Assembly: GCA_036493895.1 (NCBI GenBank)
Contig: DASXOZ010000011.1
Coordinates: forward strand, 626-64,625
Source of the DNA: Candidatus Binatia bacterium
GTDB lineage: Bacteria; Desulfobacterota; Binatia; UBA1149; CAITLU01
DNA length: 64,000 nt
Reading direction: 5' to 3'
The notes under the pieces are model-generated. The model ran no database searches. It saw nothing but the letters and a program-made list of their open reading frames with translations, and was not told where the DNA came from. How positions within the stretch are numbered: the first letter of the stretch is position 1; each line of letters starts with the position of its first letter. Shown here in pieces: positions 25,949-35,056 of the stretch. The position numbers and the translations under genes are program-made.

Positions 25949-26163
25949 TGGGGACAGGCACTATGCCATTGCTTGAATGGGGTCAGGCACCAGAGGAATG
26001 GGGTCAGGCACCACAGGAATGGGGTCAGGCACCAGAGGAATGGGGTCAGGCACCACAGGAATGGGGTCAGGCACCAGAGGAATGGGGTCAGGCACCAGAA
26101 GAATGGGGTCAGGCACCACAGGAATGGGGTCAGGCACCACAGGAATGGTGCCTGACCCCATTC
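25949..26163. repeat. REP-like element array: one variant arm, eight tandem 21-bp units, one inverted arm
   Basis: TGGGGACAGGCACTA at 25949. GAATGGGGTCAGGCACCA(G/C)A(G/A) x8 starting at 25975, 25996, 26017, 26038, 26059, 26080, 26101 and 26122. Inverted GGTGCCTGACCCCATTC at 26147-26163 overlaps the VOC stop codon. Confidence 0.92.
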
Positions 26164-26632
26164 AGAGCGGCTTGCCGAAGGGGATGTAGGGATCGCCGGG
26201 GATTTCTACCAGCTCGACCAGGGTGCCGTCGGGGTCGGCGACGAACACGAGGCGAGAGCCGTACGCGGGATAGTCGGTCCGCGTCGAGTCGAGCACCGTG
26301 ACCGACGCCTCGCGCATCTTCGCGAGCGTCGCGTCCAGGTCGTCCACGCGCAGCATGATCGCAGCCAGCCCCGTGCGGTTCATCTGTCGCGGAGGATCCG
26401 GCGGCGGCGACTTCGGCGCGCGGAACTCGAACAGCGCCAGGCGCACGCCGTCGCGCTCGAGGAAGACGGTGGTCTGATCGACGCCGCGAAGACCGAGAAG
26501 CCGGTCGGCATCCTCGCCGCGGACATCCGTCTGCGTCATCGCGCGAAAGCCGAGCAGGTCACGATAGAACGGAACCGACCGGGACAAGTCGGAGACGCAG
26601 ATGCCGATGTGACCGAAACGAACGACTGCCAT
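26162..26632 (-). CDS. VOC (glyoxalase/bleomycin resistance/dioxygenase) family protein
   Basis: FGHIGICVSDLSRSVPFYRDLLGF, LALFEF, FVADPDGTLVELVE. Confidence 0.9.
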   Translation of the reverse strand: MAVVRFGHIGICVSDLSRSVPFYRDLLGFRAMTQTDVRGEDADRLLGLRGVDQTTVFLERDGVRLALFEFRAPKSPPPDPPRQMNRTGLAAIMLRVDDLDATLAKMREASVTVLDSTRTDYPAYGSRLVFVADPDGTLVELVEIPGDPYIPFGKPL

Positions 26633-26666
26633 GGGTGATGGTTGCTCCGCCGCAGGTACGGTCGCT

Positions 26667-27953
26667 TCAGGCCGCGGGGAAGCGCTCCCGCAGCCACGCC
26701 GCGATGATCTTCATTGCGCCCGCTCGTCCGGTCGCGCCGGGCTTGCACTTCGGAGGCAGCCCGAGGTGGTCGCCGTCGACGTAGTGCATCTGCTTGTCGC
26801 GCGCCCCCGAAGCCGCATGGACCGCCTCGAGGTCCGAAATCCACACGACGTTGTCGCTCGTGTAGCTGATGACCAGCGTCGGCGCCTGGATCTTCGGGAT
26901 GCACTCGAGCGTGGACGCGCGCGACGAGAGTCCGGACCAGGTCGACAGCCACGCGCGCGGCGTCTGGATCTTGCCGAAGCCCGCCTCGAGCGAATTGAAG
27001 ATGTCGGGCCGCGGCGAGAAAAATGACCCGTAGTCGCGCTCGGACGCGTGCAGCGAAAGGTCGCAATACGCCGGATTGGCCTCGGTGCGGTGGATCTCCA
27101 TGAAACGCCCGCAGAAGGCGCGACGCCAGACGAACTGCTTCTGCTTGAGGCTCAGGCCCTCGAAGGCCTCGTCGCCCATTTCTCGCTGGTGGTGGCGCTG
27201 CACCTCGATGTAGCTGCGTGCGATCGCGTCGACCCGGGCGACGCGACCTCGCTGCGCGGAGCGGTAGCGCGCGAGGAACTCCTCGCTGTAGCTGCTCGAA
27301 GCGTCGGGTTCCCGAAAGCCGTTGTCCGGGTTGAACATGTCGAGGCCGGGATCGACCGACAGCGGCCCGTCCTCGCGGATCACGGAAGGGTCGATGCACG
27401 TCAGCATCAGCGCGCCCTGCCCGAGATGCGTGGCGAGCTGCACGATGCCGTCGGCAACGGGCATCTCGAAGGCATTGAGGTCGTAGGGGTCGCCGGCAGC
27501 GGTCGTCGTCAGTCGATCCGGCGGCGCCGTGGCTGCCTGGGACTGGTAGAACGTGTACAGCGCGCCGCCGCCGCTGTTGCCGAGCAGCACGATGCGCTCG
27601 AAGCCGCGCTTCTTCAGCTCGCGCATCGAAGCGGCGATGTCGGTGATCAGCATCTCGTGAATCAGGCCGATGTCGTTGTTGACCCAGCGTCCGGCCTGGC
27701 CGAACGCCGCGTAACCTGCGTCGAGCAGCGCCGGAATCGCGTAGTGGCGGCTCATGTCGCCGCGCGGATGCATCATGCAGACGACGGTGCGCTCGCCGCC
27801 TCGCGTGTAGAGTACGCCGTGCGACTCGCCTCGGTCCTGGGCCAGCAGCGGAATGTTTTCGATCGTCACGCCCGAAGGCAGCGAGTCGAAGGACCACAGG
27901 CTGGGCCCGAGCTGGGGATAGCGAAGGAGCTGGATCGCCACGGCCGCGTTCAC
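26667..27953 (-). CDS. Alpha/beta-hydrolase fold protein
   Basis: LLGNSGGG nucleophile elbow and C-terminal YVDGDH. The GTG start overlaps the upstream TGA (GTGA coupling). Confidence 0.75.
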   Translation of the reverse strand: MNAAVAIQLLRYPQLGPSLWSFDSLPSGVTIENIPLLAQDRGESHGVLYTRGGERTVVCMMHPRGDMSRHYAIPALLDAGYAAFGQAGRWVNNDIGLIHEMLITDIAASMRELKKRGFERIVLLGNSGGGALYTFYQSQAATAPPDRLTTTAAGDPYDLNAFEMPVADGIVQLATHLGQGALMLTCIDPSVIREDGPLSVDPGLDMFNPDNGFREPDASSSYSEEFLARYRSAQRGRVARVDAIARSYIEVQRHHQREMGDEAFEGLSLKQKQFVWRRAFCGRFMEIHRTEANPAYCDLSLHASERDYGSFFSPRPDIFNSLEAGFGKIQTPRAWLSTWSGLSSRASTLECIPKIQAPTLVISYTSDNVVWISDLEAVHAASGARDKQMHYVDGDHLGLPPKCKPGATGRAGAMKIIAAWLRERFPAA

Positions 27954-29068
27954 CCGCCCTGGATGAGCTGCACGGCGCTGCGTGCCGTCGCGCGAGCTTC
28001 GGGGGCGATGGCAAGCGGCTTTACCGCGTCGATGTTGACCGCCTGCAGGTCGTAGTACGAAATCGCGTCCCAGTGCTGCTCGGCCATCGCGCGCGCCTCT
28101 TCGCCCGGGCCGTGCACGGAGCCGCGCGGATGCACCATGAAGGTGGCGCGCAGCATCGGCGCTCCCATCATCGTGCCGTCGTGCAGGAACCCGATCTCGT
28201 CGTAGTCCATGTTGCGGTGGTAGTACGGAAGCCGCGCGGTACCGCGCTCCATCTCCGCCGGCCGCGGCACGAAGTTGCAGATCACCCAGCCCGTTCCCTG
28301 GAACAACGCGAACGCCGTCGGCGGCACGTGGTTGCGGTCGCTCACCACCGCGCGGAAGTCGAGGTTGTGGAAACGGAACGGAAACAGGTCTCCCTTCCAG
28401 CCGACGACGTCGAGAGGATGGTGCGCGTAGAAGAACGACGTGAACGCGCCGCAGCGCTTGACGCGCACTTCGTATTCGGCGCGGCCGTCGTTGGCGTAGG
28501 CCGTGGGCTCAGGGATGCCGAGAACGGTCGGATCGTAGGGGTTGTGGCGCCCGAGCAGCGTGTGCTCGGCCAGCGTCACCTCGCCGCTGCTTTCCAGATG
28601 CAGGAAGTAGTTGTCGCGGGTCGACGGAACGACTCGAAAAGTGACACCCTTCGGGAGCACGATGTAGTCGCCGGGCTTGAAATCCAGGGGTCCGAACTCG
28701 GTTTCGACCACGCCTTCGCCGCGGTGGGTGAACCAGATCTCATCGCCGTCGGCATTGCGGTACCAGTACGGCATCGGCTCGCTGCGGCGGCTCACCGAGA
28801 TCACCAGGTCGTCGTTGTAGAAACAGCGCGTGGGGCGCCCGCGCGAGTCGCTGCGATCGTCGGCGTCGATCTTCTGGCCGTCCAGGTCCAGCGGCGCGAA
28901 ATCGCCCTCGACCCGGGTCCACGCCGTCGGCTCGTTGCGGCGGTACATTTCGGCCACTCGGCCCTGGAAGCCTCCGCGCCCGATCTCCTCTTCCTTCAGG
29001 CCCGACGGAACCCGCACGTGGGCCTGCTTCGGAACTTCGCCCTTGCTCAGGTGGATCCAGGACTTCAC
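27950..29068 (-). CDS. hmgA: Homogentisate 1,2-dioxygenase-like cupin dioxygenase
   Basis: YRNADGDEIWF, HHPLDVVGWKGD, PYYHRNMDYDE and VHGP (His/Glu/His iron ligands). GTG start at 29068 is coupled to the NTF2 gene stop. Confidence 0.75.
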   Translation of the reverse strand: MKSWIHLSKGEVPKQAHVRVPSGLKEEEIGRGGFQGRVAEMYRRNEPTAWTRVEGDFAPLDLDGQKIDADDRSDSRGRPTRCFYNDDLVISVSRRSEPMPYWYRNADGDEIWFTHRGEGVVETEFGPLDFKPGDYIVLPKGVTFRVVPSTRDNYFLHLESSGEVTLAEHTLLGRHNPYDPTVLGIPEPTAYANDGRAEYEVRVKRCGAFTSFFYAHHPLDVVGWKGDLFPFRFHNLDFRAVVSDRNHVPPTAFALFQGTGWVICNFVPRPAEMERGTARLPYYHRNMDYDEIGFLHDGTMMGAPMLRATFMVHPRGSVHGPGEEARAMAEQHWDAISYYDLQAVNIDAVKPLAIAPEARATARSAVQLIQGG

Positions 29069-29487
29069 GAGAACAGGGTCCTTTGTGCGTAGAGCGTGTC
29101 CACGTACTCCTTGACGCCTGCGATCTTGCGATCCGCTTCGCCCGGGCCGCCGCGAACCTCGAACAGGAAATGGTAGAAGTTCGAGTAGTCGGCGCCTTTG
29201 GCGGTCGTCGCGCAGATGTGCACTTCGACGGCGACCTTGTGCTCGTCGGCGACCATGCCGAGGATCTCGATTTTCATCGGCTTGGGCGCATACAGCGACA
29301 CGCCCTTGGCGAACATGCCGAGCACGGCGTCCTTTCCTTTGTAAGTACCGGCCATCGGCGACGAAGGCGGCACCCACCAGGTGACGTCGTCGGCGAAGGC
29401 GGCGACGACCTTGTCGCTGGCTCCGCTGGAGACCGCGTCGAAATAATCGCGGATCAGCTTCTTGTTCGCTTCGGGGGTGGATGCCAT
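29065..29487 (-). CDS. NTF2/SnoaL-like (ketosteroid isomerase-like) protein
   Basis: NKKLIRDYFDAV, FADDVTWWVPP, YSNFYHFLFEV, KEYVDT. Confidence 0.85.
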   Translation of the reverse strand: MASTPEANKKLIRDYFDAVSSGASDKVVAAFADDVTWWVPPSSPMAGTYKGKDAVLGMFAKGVSLYAPKPMKIEILGMVADEHKVAVEVHICATTAKGADYSNFYHFLFEVRGGPGEADRKIAGVKEYVDTLYAQRTLFS

Positions 29488-29555
29488 GTGCTGCTCTGCT
29501 CCTGTCGAGTGGCTTGGACGGGCGCCGATGCTACCCTCAGCGCGCCGCCCGAAGC

Positions 29556-29569
29556 AAGAACATGTTCTA
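29556..29569. promoter_or_regulatory. KstR-like palindromic operator, site C (divergent promoter)
   Basis: AAGAACATGTTCTA, identical to site A, centred between the NTF2 ATG (29487) and the O-methyltransferase ATG (29647). Confidence 0.7.
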
Positions 29570-29646
29570 GACCCGGCCCGGAACTCCTCGACATCGTTGG
29601 GGCAGCCGCGCCGCGGCCCGAAGGACGAGCGCGAGGAGACCAGTCC

Positions 29647-30318
29647 ATGTCGGAAACTCCGAAAGCCTTTCACCTGACTCCCCGGATCCAGAAGTACGTC
29701 GTCGACCACAGCGCCGCGGTCGACGAAGTGCAGCGCTCGCTCATCGCCGAGACGGAGGGCCTGGGGTTCATTTCGATCATGCAGATCTCGCCGGAGCAGG
29801 GCGCGTTCATGGAGCTGTTCGCGCGCGCGATCGGCGCTCGCCGCATCATCGAGGTCGGCACTTTCACCGGTTACTCCGCGCTGTGCTTCGCGCGCGCCCT
29901 GCCCGAAGGCGGCAAGCTGCTGTGCTGCGACATCAGCGAAGAGTGGACCTCGATCGGACGTCGCCACTGGGAAAAGGCCGGCGTCGCCGGACGCATCGAG
30001 CTGAAGATCGCTCCTGCCGGCGAGACCCTCGCCGCGCTTCCGGCCGATCCTGTCTGGGACCTCGCGTTCATCGATGCCGACAAGGGCGGCTACCGGACCT
30101 ACTACGAAGAGATCCTCGAGCGCCTGAGACCGGGCGGCGTCATTCTCGTCGACAACGTGCTGTGGATGGGAACCGTGGCCGATCCGACGATGGCAGGCGA
30201 AGACGTCGAAGCGATCCGCGCGTTCAACGACTTCGTCGCGTCCGACTCGCGTGTCGAGGTTGCAATGCTGACGATCGGCGACGGTCTTTCGATGATCCGC
30301 AAGAAGGGAGGCCACTGA
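29647..30318 (+). CDS. SAM-dependent O-methyltransferase (caffeoyl-CoA OMT-like)
   Basis: MQISPEQG, IEVGTFTGYSAL, DLAFIDADK, LVDNVLW. GAGGAG SD. Confidence 0.92.
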   Translation: MSETPKAFHLTPRIQKYVVDHSAAVDEVQRSLIAETEGLGFISIMQISPEQGAFMELFARAIGARRIIEVGTFTGYSALCFARALPEGGKLLCCDISEEWTSIGRRHWEKAGVAGRIELKIAPAGETLAALPADPVWDLAFIDADKGGYRTYYEEILERLRPGGVILVDNVLWMGTVADPTMAGEDVEAIRAFNDFVASDSRVEVAMLTIGDGLSMIRKKGGH

Positions 30319-31322
30319 TGGAGCTGGGATTGATGGTCGGCTATTGGCAGGGCGGCGGTCCCTGGGATTTCGTCACGCACGCGCAACTTGCCGAGAGCCT
30401 GGGCTTCGAGTCGGTGTGGACGGCCGAAGCGTACGGGTCCGACGCGTTTTCTCCGCTTTGCTGGATCGGCGCCCACACGTCGCGGATCAAGCTCGGGACC
30501 GGCGTCTGCCAGATTTCCGCGCGCACGCCCGCTTGCGTCGCGATGACGGCAACTACCATCGATCACATGTCGGGCGGGCGGCTGATCCTCGGAATCGGCG
30601 TGTCCGGGCCGCAAGTGGTCGAGGGCTGGTACGGGATGCCGTTCGCGAAGCCTTTTACCCGCACGCGCGAGTTCATCGAGATCCTGCGCGCGATCTGGAA
30701 GCGCGAGGGGCCGGTTACCTACGAAGGCAAGTACTACCAGCTTCCGTATGGCGGCCCCGGCTCGGTGGGTCTAGGCAAGCCGCTGAAATCGATCACGCAC
30801 CCGCTGCGCGAGCGCATCCCGATCTATCTCGGCGCCGAAGGCCCGAAGAACGTCAGGATGGCCACCGAGATCGCCGACGGCTGGCTGCCGCTGTTCTTCT
30901 CGCCGTACCGGCCGGAGGTGTACGCCGAGTCGCTGTCGCTCGTAAAGCCGGGCTTCGAGATCGCGTGCACTGCGCAGGTCGTCGTCGGCGACGACGTCGC
31001 GAGCTGCCTCATCCCGGTCAAGTGGATGCTCGCGTTCTACATCGGCGGCATGGGCGCCAAGGACAAGAACTTCCACATGAACATCATGGGACGCATGGGC
31101 TTCGAGGCCGAGGTCACCGAAGTGCAGCGCCTCTTCCTCGAAGGAAAGCGCGCCGAGGCGGCCGACGCGGTGCCAGACCAGCTTGCCGACGAGATTTCCC
31201 TGGTCGGCCCGCCGGGACGCATCAAGGAAAGGCTCGAGGCCTGGAAGAAGAGCCCGGTGACGAAGCTGCTGGCGGGAACCCAGGATCCGAACGCACTGCG
31301 CGCGCTGGCAGCGGCGATGTAG
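30318..31322 (+). CDS. LLM-class oxidoreductase, probably F420-dependent
   Basis: WTAEAYGSDA, GTGVCQISARTP, LGIGVSGPQVVEGWYG, IYLGAEGPKN. The ATG overlaps the upstream TGA. Confidence 0.9.
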   Translation: MELGLMVGYWQGGGPWDFVTHAQLAESLGFESVWTAEAYGSDAFSPLCWIGAHTSRIKLGTGVCQISARTPACVAMTATTIDHMSGGRLILGIGVSGPQVVEGWYGMPFAKPFTRTREFIEILRAIWKREGPVTYEGKYYQLPYGGPGSVGLGKPLKSITHPLRERIPIYLGAEGPKNVRMATEIADGWLPLFFSPYRPEVYAESLSLVKPGFEIACTAQVVVGDDVASCLIPVKWMLAFYIGGMGAKDKNFHMNIMGRMGFEAEVTEVQRLFLEGKRAEAADAVPDQLADEISLVGPPGRIKERLEAWKKSPVTKLLAGTQDPNALRALAAAM

Positions 31323-31367
31323 CTGGAGTCCTCGGCCGCGGGCGCGTTGCACCTGCGGCCGAGGACG

Positions 31368-32204
31368 CTAGGCGCGCGACGTGCCTTCGTCCATGCCGCT
31401 CGGGAACGCCTTCTCGAACTCGCCCTTGTAGATGTTCGGCCCGGCCGCGGTAAGCCCGCCGTCGACCACCAGCTCGATGCCGGTGACGAAGCGCGCGTCG
31501 TCGCTGGCCAGGAACACGGCTGCGCCGGCGATGTCGGTCGCGCGCCCGGCCGTCTTCATCGGCTGCGAGGCCGCCATGACGCCGTCCATCGCTTCCTCGT
31601 TTCCGCGGTGGACCAGCGGCGTGTTGATGCCCCCGGGGCAGATCGTGTTGGCGCGGATGTTGTTCCTTGCCAGCTGGACCGCCACCGCGCGCGTCATGTT
31701 GATGACGGCAGCCTTGCACGCGGTGTAGGCCACCGGTCCGCAGCCTCCGCTCAGGCCGGCAACCGAGCCGGTACTCAGAAGGCAGCCGCCCTGGCCCTGC
31801 TCGAGCATCACGCGCGCTCCGTGCTTCATGCCGAGGAACACGCCGCGCACGAGCACGGAAAACGTCTTGTCCCAAGCGGCGGCGTCGATTTTGTCGATCT
31901 TGCCGAGAGCGCCCGGGTAACCGGCATTGTTGAAGACGACGTCGAGGCGGCCGAACTGGGAGCGGGCCTTCTCGATCATTGCCGAGACTTCGGCTTCGTC
32001 GGCCACGTCGGTCCTTTGTGCGACGACGCTGGCGCGGAAGCCCTGGCCTGCCGCCAGCTCGAGCGTTTCGGCCAGAGTGCGGTCGTTGATGTCGCTGGCG
32101 ACGACTTTTGCGCCTTCGGCCAGGAATCGAAGGACGGTATCGCGGCCGATGCCGCTGCCGCCGCCGGTGATCACCGCAACTTTGCCTTCCAGACGTCCTG
32201 CCAT
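31368..32204 (-). CDS. SDR family oxidoreductase
   Basis: LEGKVAVITGGGSGIG, FNNAG, YTACK, NTICPGGINT. Confidence 0.92.
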   Translation of the reverse strand: MAGRLEGKVAVITGGGSGIGRDTVLRFLAEGAKVVASDINDRTLAETLELAAGQGFRASVVAQRTDVADEAEVSAMIEKARSQFGRLDVVFNNAGYPGALGKIDKIDAAAWDKTFSVLVRGVFLGMKHGARVMLEQGQGGCLLSTGSVAGLSGGCGPVAYTACKAAVINMTRAVAVQLARNNIRANTICPGGINTPLVHRGNEEAMDGVMAASQPMKTAGRATDIAGAAVFLASDDARFVTGIELVVDGGLTAAGPNIYKGEFEKAFPSGMDEGTSRA

Positions 32205-32338
32205 GTCGTGTCCTGCCTTGGGAATATTGCGTTCGAGCCGCGATTCTTAGTTGCGAACCGAAGCGGAGTCCAGAGCGCAAGGCCGCGTGACGAGGCCGGC
32301 GCCTGTGTTAAGGTGCGCCCCGAACCGGAGGAAAACAC

Positions 32339-33562
32339 ATGCAACGTTTCACGAGCTGGCTCAGGCATCGTCTCGCGCAGCGTCCAACGTGGATGAATGC
32401 GCTGATGCTGTTCGCGGCGTTCCACGTCTTCCTTTATTCGCCGTGGGACATTTTCGTAAAGCCGCTGGCCAGGGACCAGGACGTCTGGTTCGGCATCATC
32501 TTCACGGGATGGGCCGCCAAGGTCGGCGACACCCTTCATTTTCTCGTCTACGCGGTCGCGCTCTACGGGTTCTGGCGCATGCGCCGCTGGCTGCGGCCGT
32601 GGGCGGCGCTCTACGTCGGCCAGATGGCGTTCGGGATGCTGGTCTGGCCGATCCTCTATGTCGGCGGGTTTCGCGGGTGGCTGATGGGTATCGTCTCGGG
32701 CGCGGTTTTTGCGCTGCTTGCGTGCGCAATCTGGCGCTCCCGCGACGCGTTCCGCGAAAATCCGGTGGACTTCGTGCAGCGCTACGGCCGCTGGGCCGTC
32801 GTTACCGGCGCCACGGCCGGCATCGGCCTCGAATTCGCACGTGCGCTGGCGGCCCGCGGTGTCTCCTGCGTGCTGGCCGCACGCCGCGGCGACCGTCTCG
32901 AGACGCTGGCCGAAGAGCTGAAGGCGTCGAGCGGAGTCGATACGCGCATCGTCGAAGTGGACCTCGCAAGCGATGCCGGACCGGACGAGCTTGCCGACGC
33001 GGTGGCCGACCTCGACGTCGGGCTTCTCGTCAGCAATGCGGGAGTCGGTTACGCGGGGCGCTTCGAGAAGCAGGAGCTTTCGCGCCTGAAGCAGATGATC
33101 GCGCTCAACTGCACGGCCAACGTCACGCTCGCTGCGCGCCTGCTTCCGTCGATGCTGTCGCGGGGGCGCGGCGCCATCATCATCACCGGCTCGGTTGCAG
33201 GGCGCCAGCCGGTTCCATTCCACGGCCTCTACTCGGCGACCAAGGGTTTCGAGCTGCTTCTCGGCGAGGCGCTGTGGGCCGAGGTTCGCGACCGTGGCGT
33301 CGACGTGCTCGTGGTCCAGCCCGGGCCGGTGGCCACCGAGTTCGAGCAGGTGGCCGGCGAGGCGCGGCAGAATCCCGGCGCCGACGAGAGCCCTCAGTCG
33401 GTCGTCGAGACTGCGCTCGATGCGCTCGGCAAGCAGCCGTCGGTGGTCACGGGCTGGCTGAACGGGATCCGCGCCAACGCCAGCCGTTTCGTGCCGCGCA
33501 CGCTGATGGTCTGCATCGCGAGCGATTTCATGGAGGGCCAGACGCCGGCGGCGATGCGTTGA
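32339..33562 (+). CDS. Fusion of an N-terminal multi-pass membrane domain (~140 aa) and an SDR oxidoreductase
   Basis: GGAGG SD before ATG 32339. Four hydrophobic segments, then YGRWAVVTGATAGIG, VSNAG and YSATK in one frame. Confidence 0.85.
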   Translation: MQRFTSWLRHRLAQRPTWMNALMLFAAFHVFLYSPWDIFVKPLARDQDVWFGIIFTGWAAKVGDTLHFLVYAVALYGFWRMRRWLRPWAALYVGQMAFGMLVWPILYVGGFRGWLMGIVSGAVFALLACAIWRSRDAFRENPVDFVQRYGRWAVVTGATAGIGLEFARALAARGVSCVLAARRGDRLETLAEELKASSGVDTRIVEVDLASDAGPDELADAVADLDVGLLVSNAGVGYAGRFEKQELSRLKQMIALNCTANVTLAARLLPSMLSRGRGAIIITGSVAGRQPVPFHGLYSATKGFELLLGEALWAEVRDRGVDVLVVQPGPVATEFEQVAGEARQNPGADESPQSVVETALDALGKQPSVVTGWLNGIRANASRFVPRTLMVCIASDFMEGQTPAAMR

Positions 33563-34223
33563 TGCGCCTGAGCCACGCGGTGCCGCCGAGCGCGTCCATC
33601 TGACGCAGAATCCACTGCTGTCGATGGCGCACGAAGGGCGACGGCGCATCGGCCCGGAAGCTCTCCGGATCGGGAAGAACGGCTGCGAGCAGCGCGCACT
33701 CGGGCGCAGTGAGCTGTCCCGGCGTCTTCGAGAAATAGTGCCGTGAGGCCGCGCCGATCCCGTAGATGCCGTCGCCCAGCTCGGCGACGTTCGCGTAGAC
33801 GTCGAGGATGCGCCGCTTCGTCCAGATCTTCTCGACGATCACGGTAAGCGGCGCTTCCAGCGCCTTGCGCAGCCAGCTTCGGTCGGGCCACAGGAAGAGG
33901 TTCTTGGCCACTTGCTGGGAGATCGTGCTCGCCCCGCGCACGCTGCCGCCGCGGCTGTTGTGCTTTGCGGCGCTCTCGATGGCCTGGAAATCGAAGCCGG
34001 AATGCTCGGCAAACCTCTGGTCTTCGGCGGCGACCATTGCGACCAGGCAAAGAGGCGCGATCCCGGTGTGCGAAGTCCAGCGGTAGTCGATCCATCCGCC
34101 GCGATGGATGCTGTCCTCGACCATGAACGCCGTCAGCGGCGGCGGCACCACGGCCAGCACCGCGACGATGACGACCACCGTCGCGACGAATGCGAGCGTC
34201 AGCCTGAGGATCAGCAGCAGCAA
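33528..34223 (-). CDS. mtgA: Monofunctional biosynthetic peptidoglycan transglycosylase
   Basis: AAEDQRFAEH, GASTISQQVAKNLFLW, RKALE, YANVAELG. Start codon uncertain. Confidence 0.92.
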   Translation of the reverse strand: MLLLILRLTLAFVATVVVIVAVLAVVPPPLTAFMVEDSIHRGGWIDYRWTSHTGIAPLCLVAMVAAEDQRFAEHSGFDFQAIESAAKHNSRGGSVRGASTISQQVAKNLFLWPDRSWLRKALEAPLTVIVEKIWTKRRILDVYANVAELGDGIYGIGAASRHYFSKTPGQLTAPECALLAAVLPDPESFRADAPSPFVRHRQQWILRQMDALGGTAWLRRINASPPASGPP

Positions 34224-34248
34224 TCGAGGCGACGCAGCCGGCCGGAGC

Positions 34249-35025
34249 TCAGGCGCAGGTCGCCATTCCGCCGTCGACCGGGATGACGGCGCCGGTGACG
34301 TACGCTCCGGCGCGGGATGCGAGATAGATCGCGACGCCGGCCATGTCCTCGGGTTCGCCGATGCGTCCGCGCGGCACCTGGGCGACGATCATGTCTCCGA
34401 AGCGCTCGAGGGTTTCCTTCATCATCTTGCTCTGGAAAGGACCCGGCGCCACCGCGTTGACGGTGATGTTCTCGGACGCCAGGCGCTTGGCCAGGCTGCG
34501 GGTCAGGTGATGCACCGCCGCCTTGCTGGCCGAGTACGCGTACGTCTCGAGCACCGGCACGTGGATGCCGTCGATCGAGCCGATGTTGATTACTCGCGCC
34601 GGATCTTCCTTGGTCGCAGCGTTGCGGAGAAGCGGCAGCAGCTCACGAGTCAGGTTGAACACCGATTTGACGTTGGTCGCGAGCACTTTCTGGAAGGCAT
34701 CGTCGCTGTAATCTTCCAGTGACGCTCCCCAGTTGGTCCCCGCGTTGTTGACGAGGACGTGCAGCTTCTGTTCCCGCGACGAAAGCCCGGACGCGAGAGC
34801 CTTGACGCCGTCTTCGGTGCTGATGTCGCCGGCGATCGCAATGCACGTGCCCGGCCCCGCGGCGTTCAGCTCGGCGGCCACTTCGTCGCAGGCCTGCTGC
34901 TTGCGCGACGCGACGTAGACGCGCGCGCCGGCCTCGACATAGCCGCGCGCGATCATCAGGCCGATGCCGCGCGAGCCGCCGGTGACCAGCGCCGTCTTTC
35001 CTTCGATCGAAAACAGGTTCTTCAT
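34249..35025 (-). CDS. SDR family oxidoreductase
   Basis: LFSIEGKTALVTGGSRGIG, VNNAG, YSASK, NAVAPGPF. Confidence 0.92.
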   Translation of the reverse strand: MKNLFSIEGKTALVTGGSRGIGLMIARGYVEAGARVYVASRKQQACDEVAAELNAAGPGTCIAIAGDISTEDGVKALASGLSSREQKLHVLVNNAGTNWGASLEDYSDDAFQKVLATNVKSVFNLTRELLPLLRNAATKEDPARVINIGSIDGIHVPVLETYAYSASKAAVHHLTRSLAKRLASENITVNAVAPGPFQSKMMKETLERFGDMIVAQVPRGRIGEPEDMAGVAIYLASRAGAYVTGAVIPVDGGMATCA

Positions 35026-35056
35026 CCGGATATTGTCTCCGCGGGCGCCGTTGCCG

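Noticed and set aside
25975-26163. CRISPR array
   Set aside because: The units are head-to-tail 21-mers with only a 1-2 nt variable tail, no unique spacers and no cas genes; the array ends in an inverted copy, which is REP-like.
25738-26301. Heptapeptide-repeat ORFs (PEEWGQA, GSGTRGM, VPDPIP)
   Set aside because: All frames are open only because of the 21-bp DNA repeat. They overlap real genes, and the same element occurs elsewhere as a non-coding doublet.
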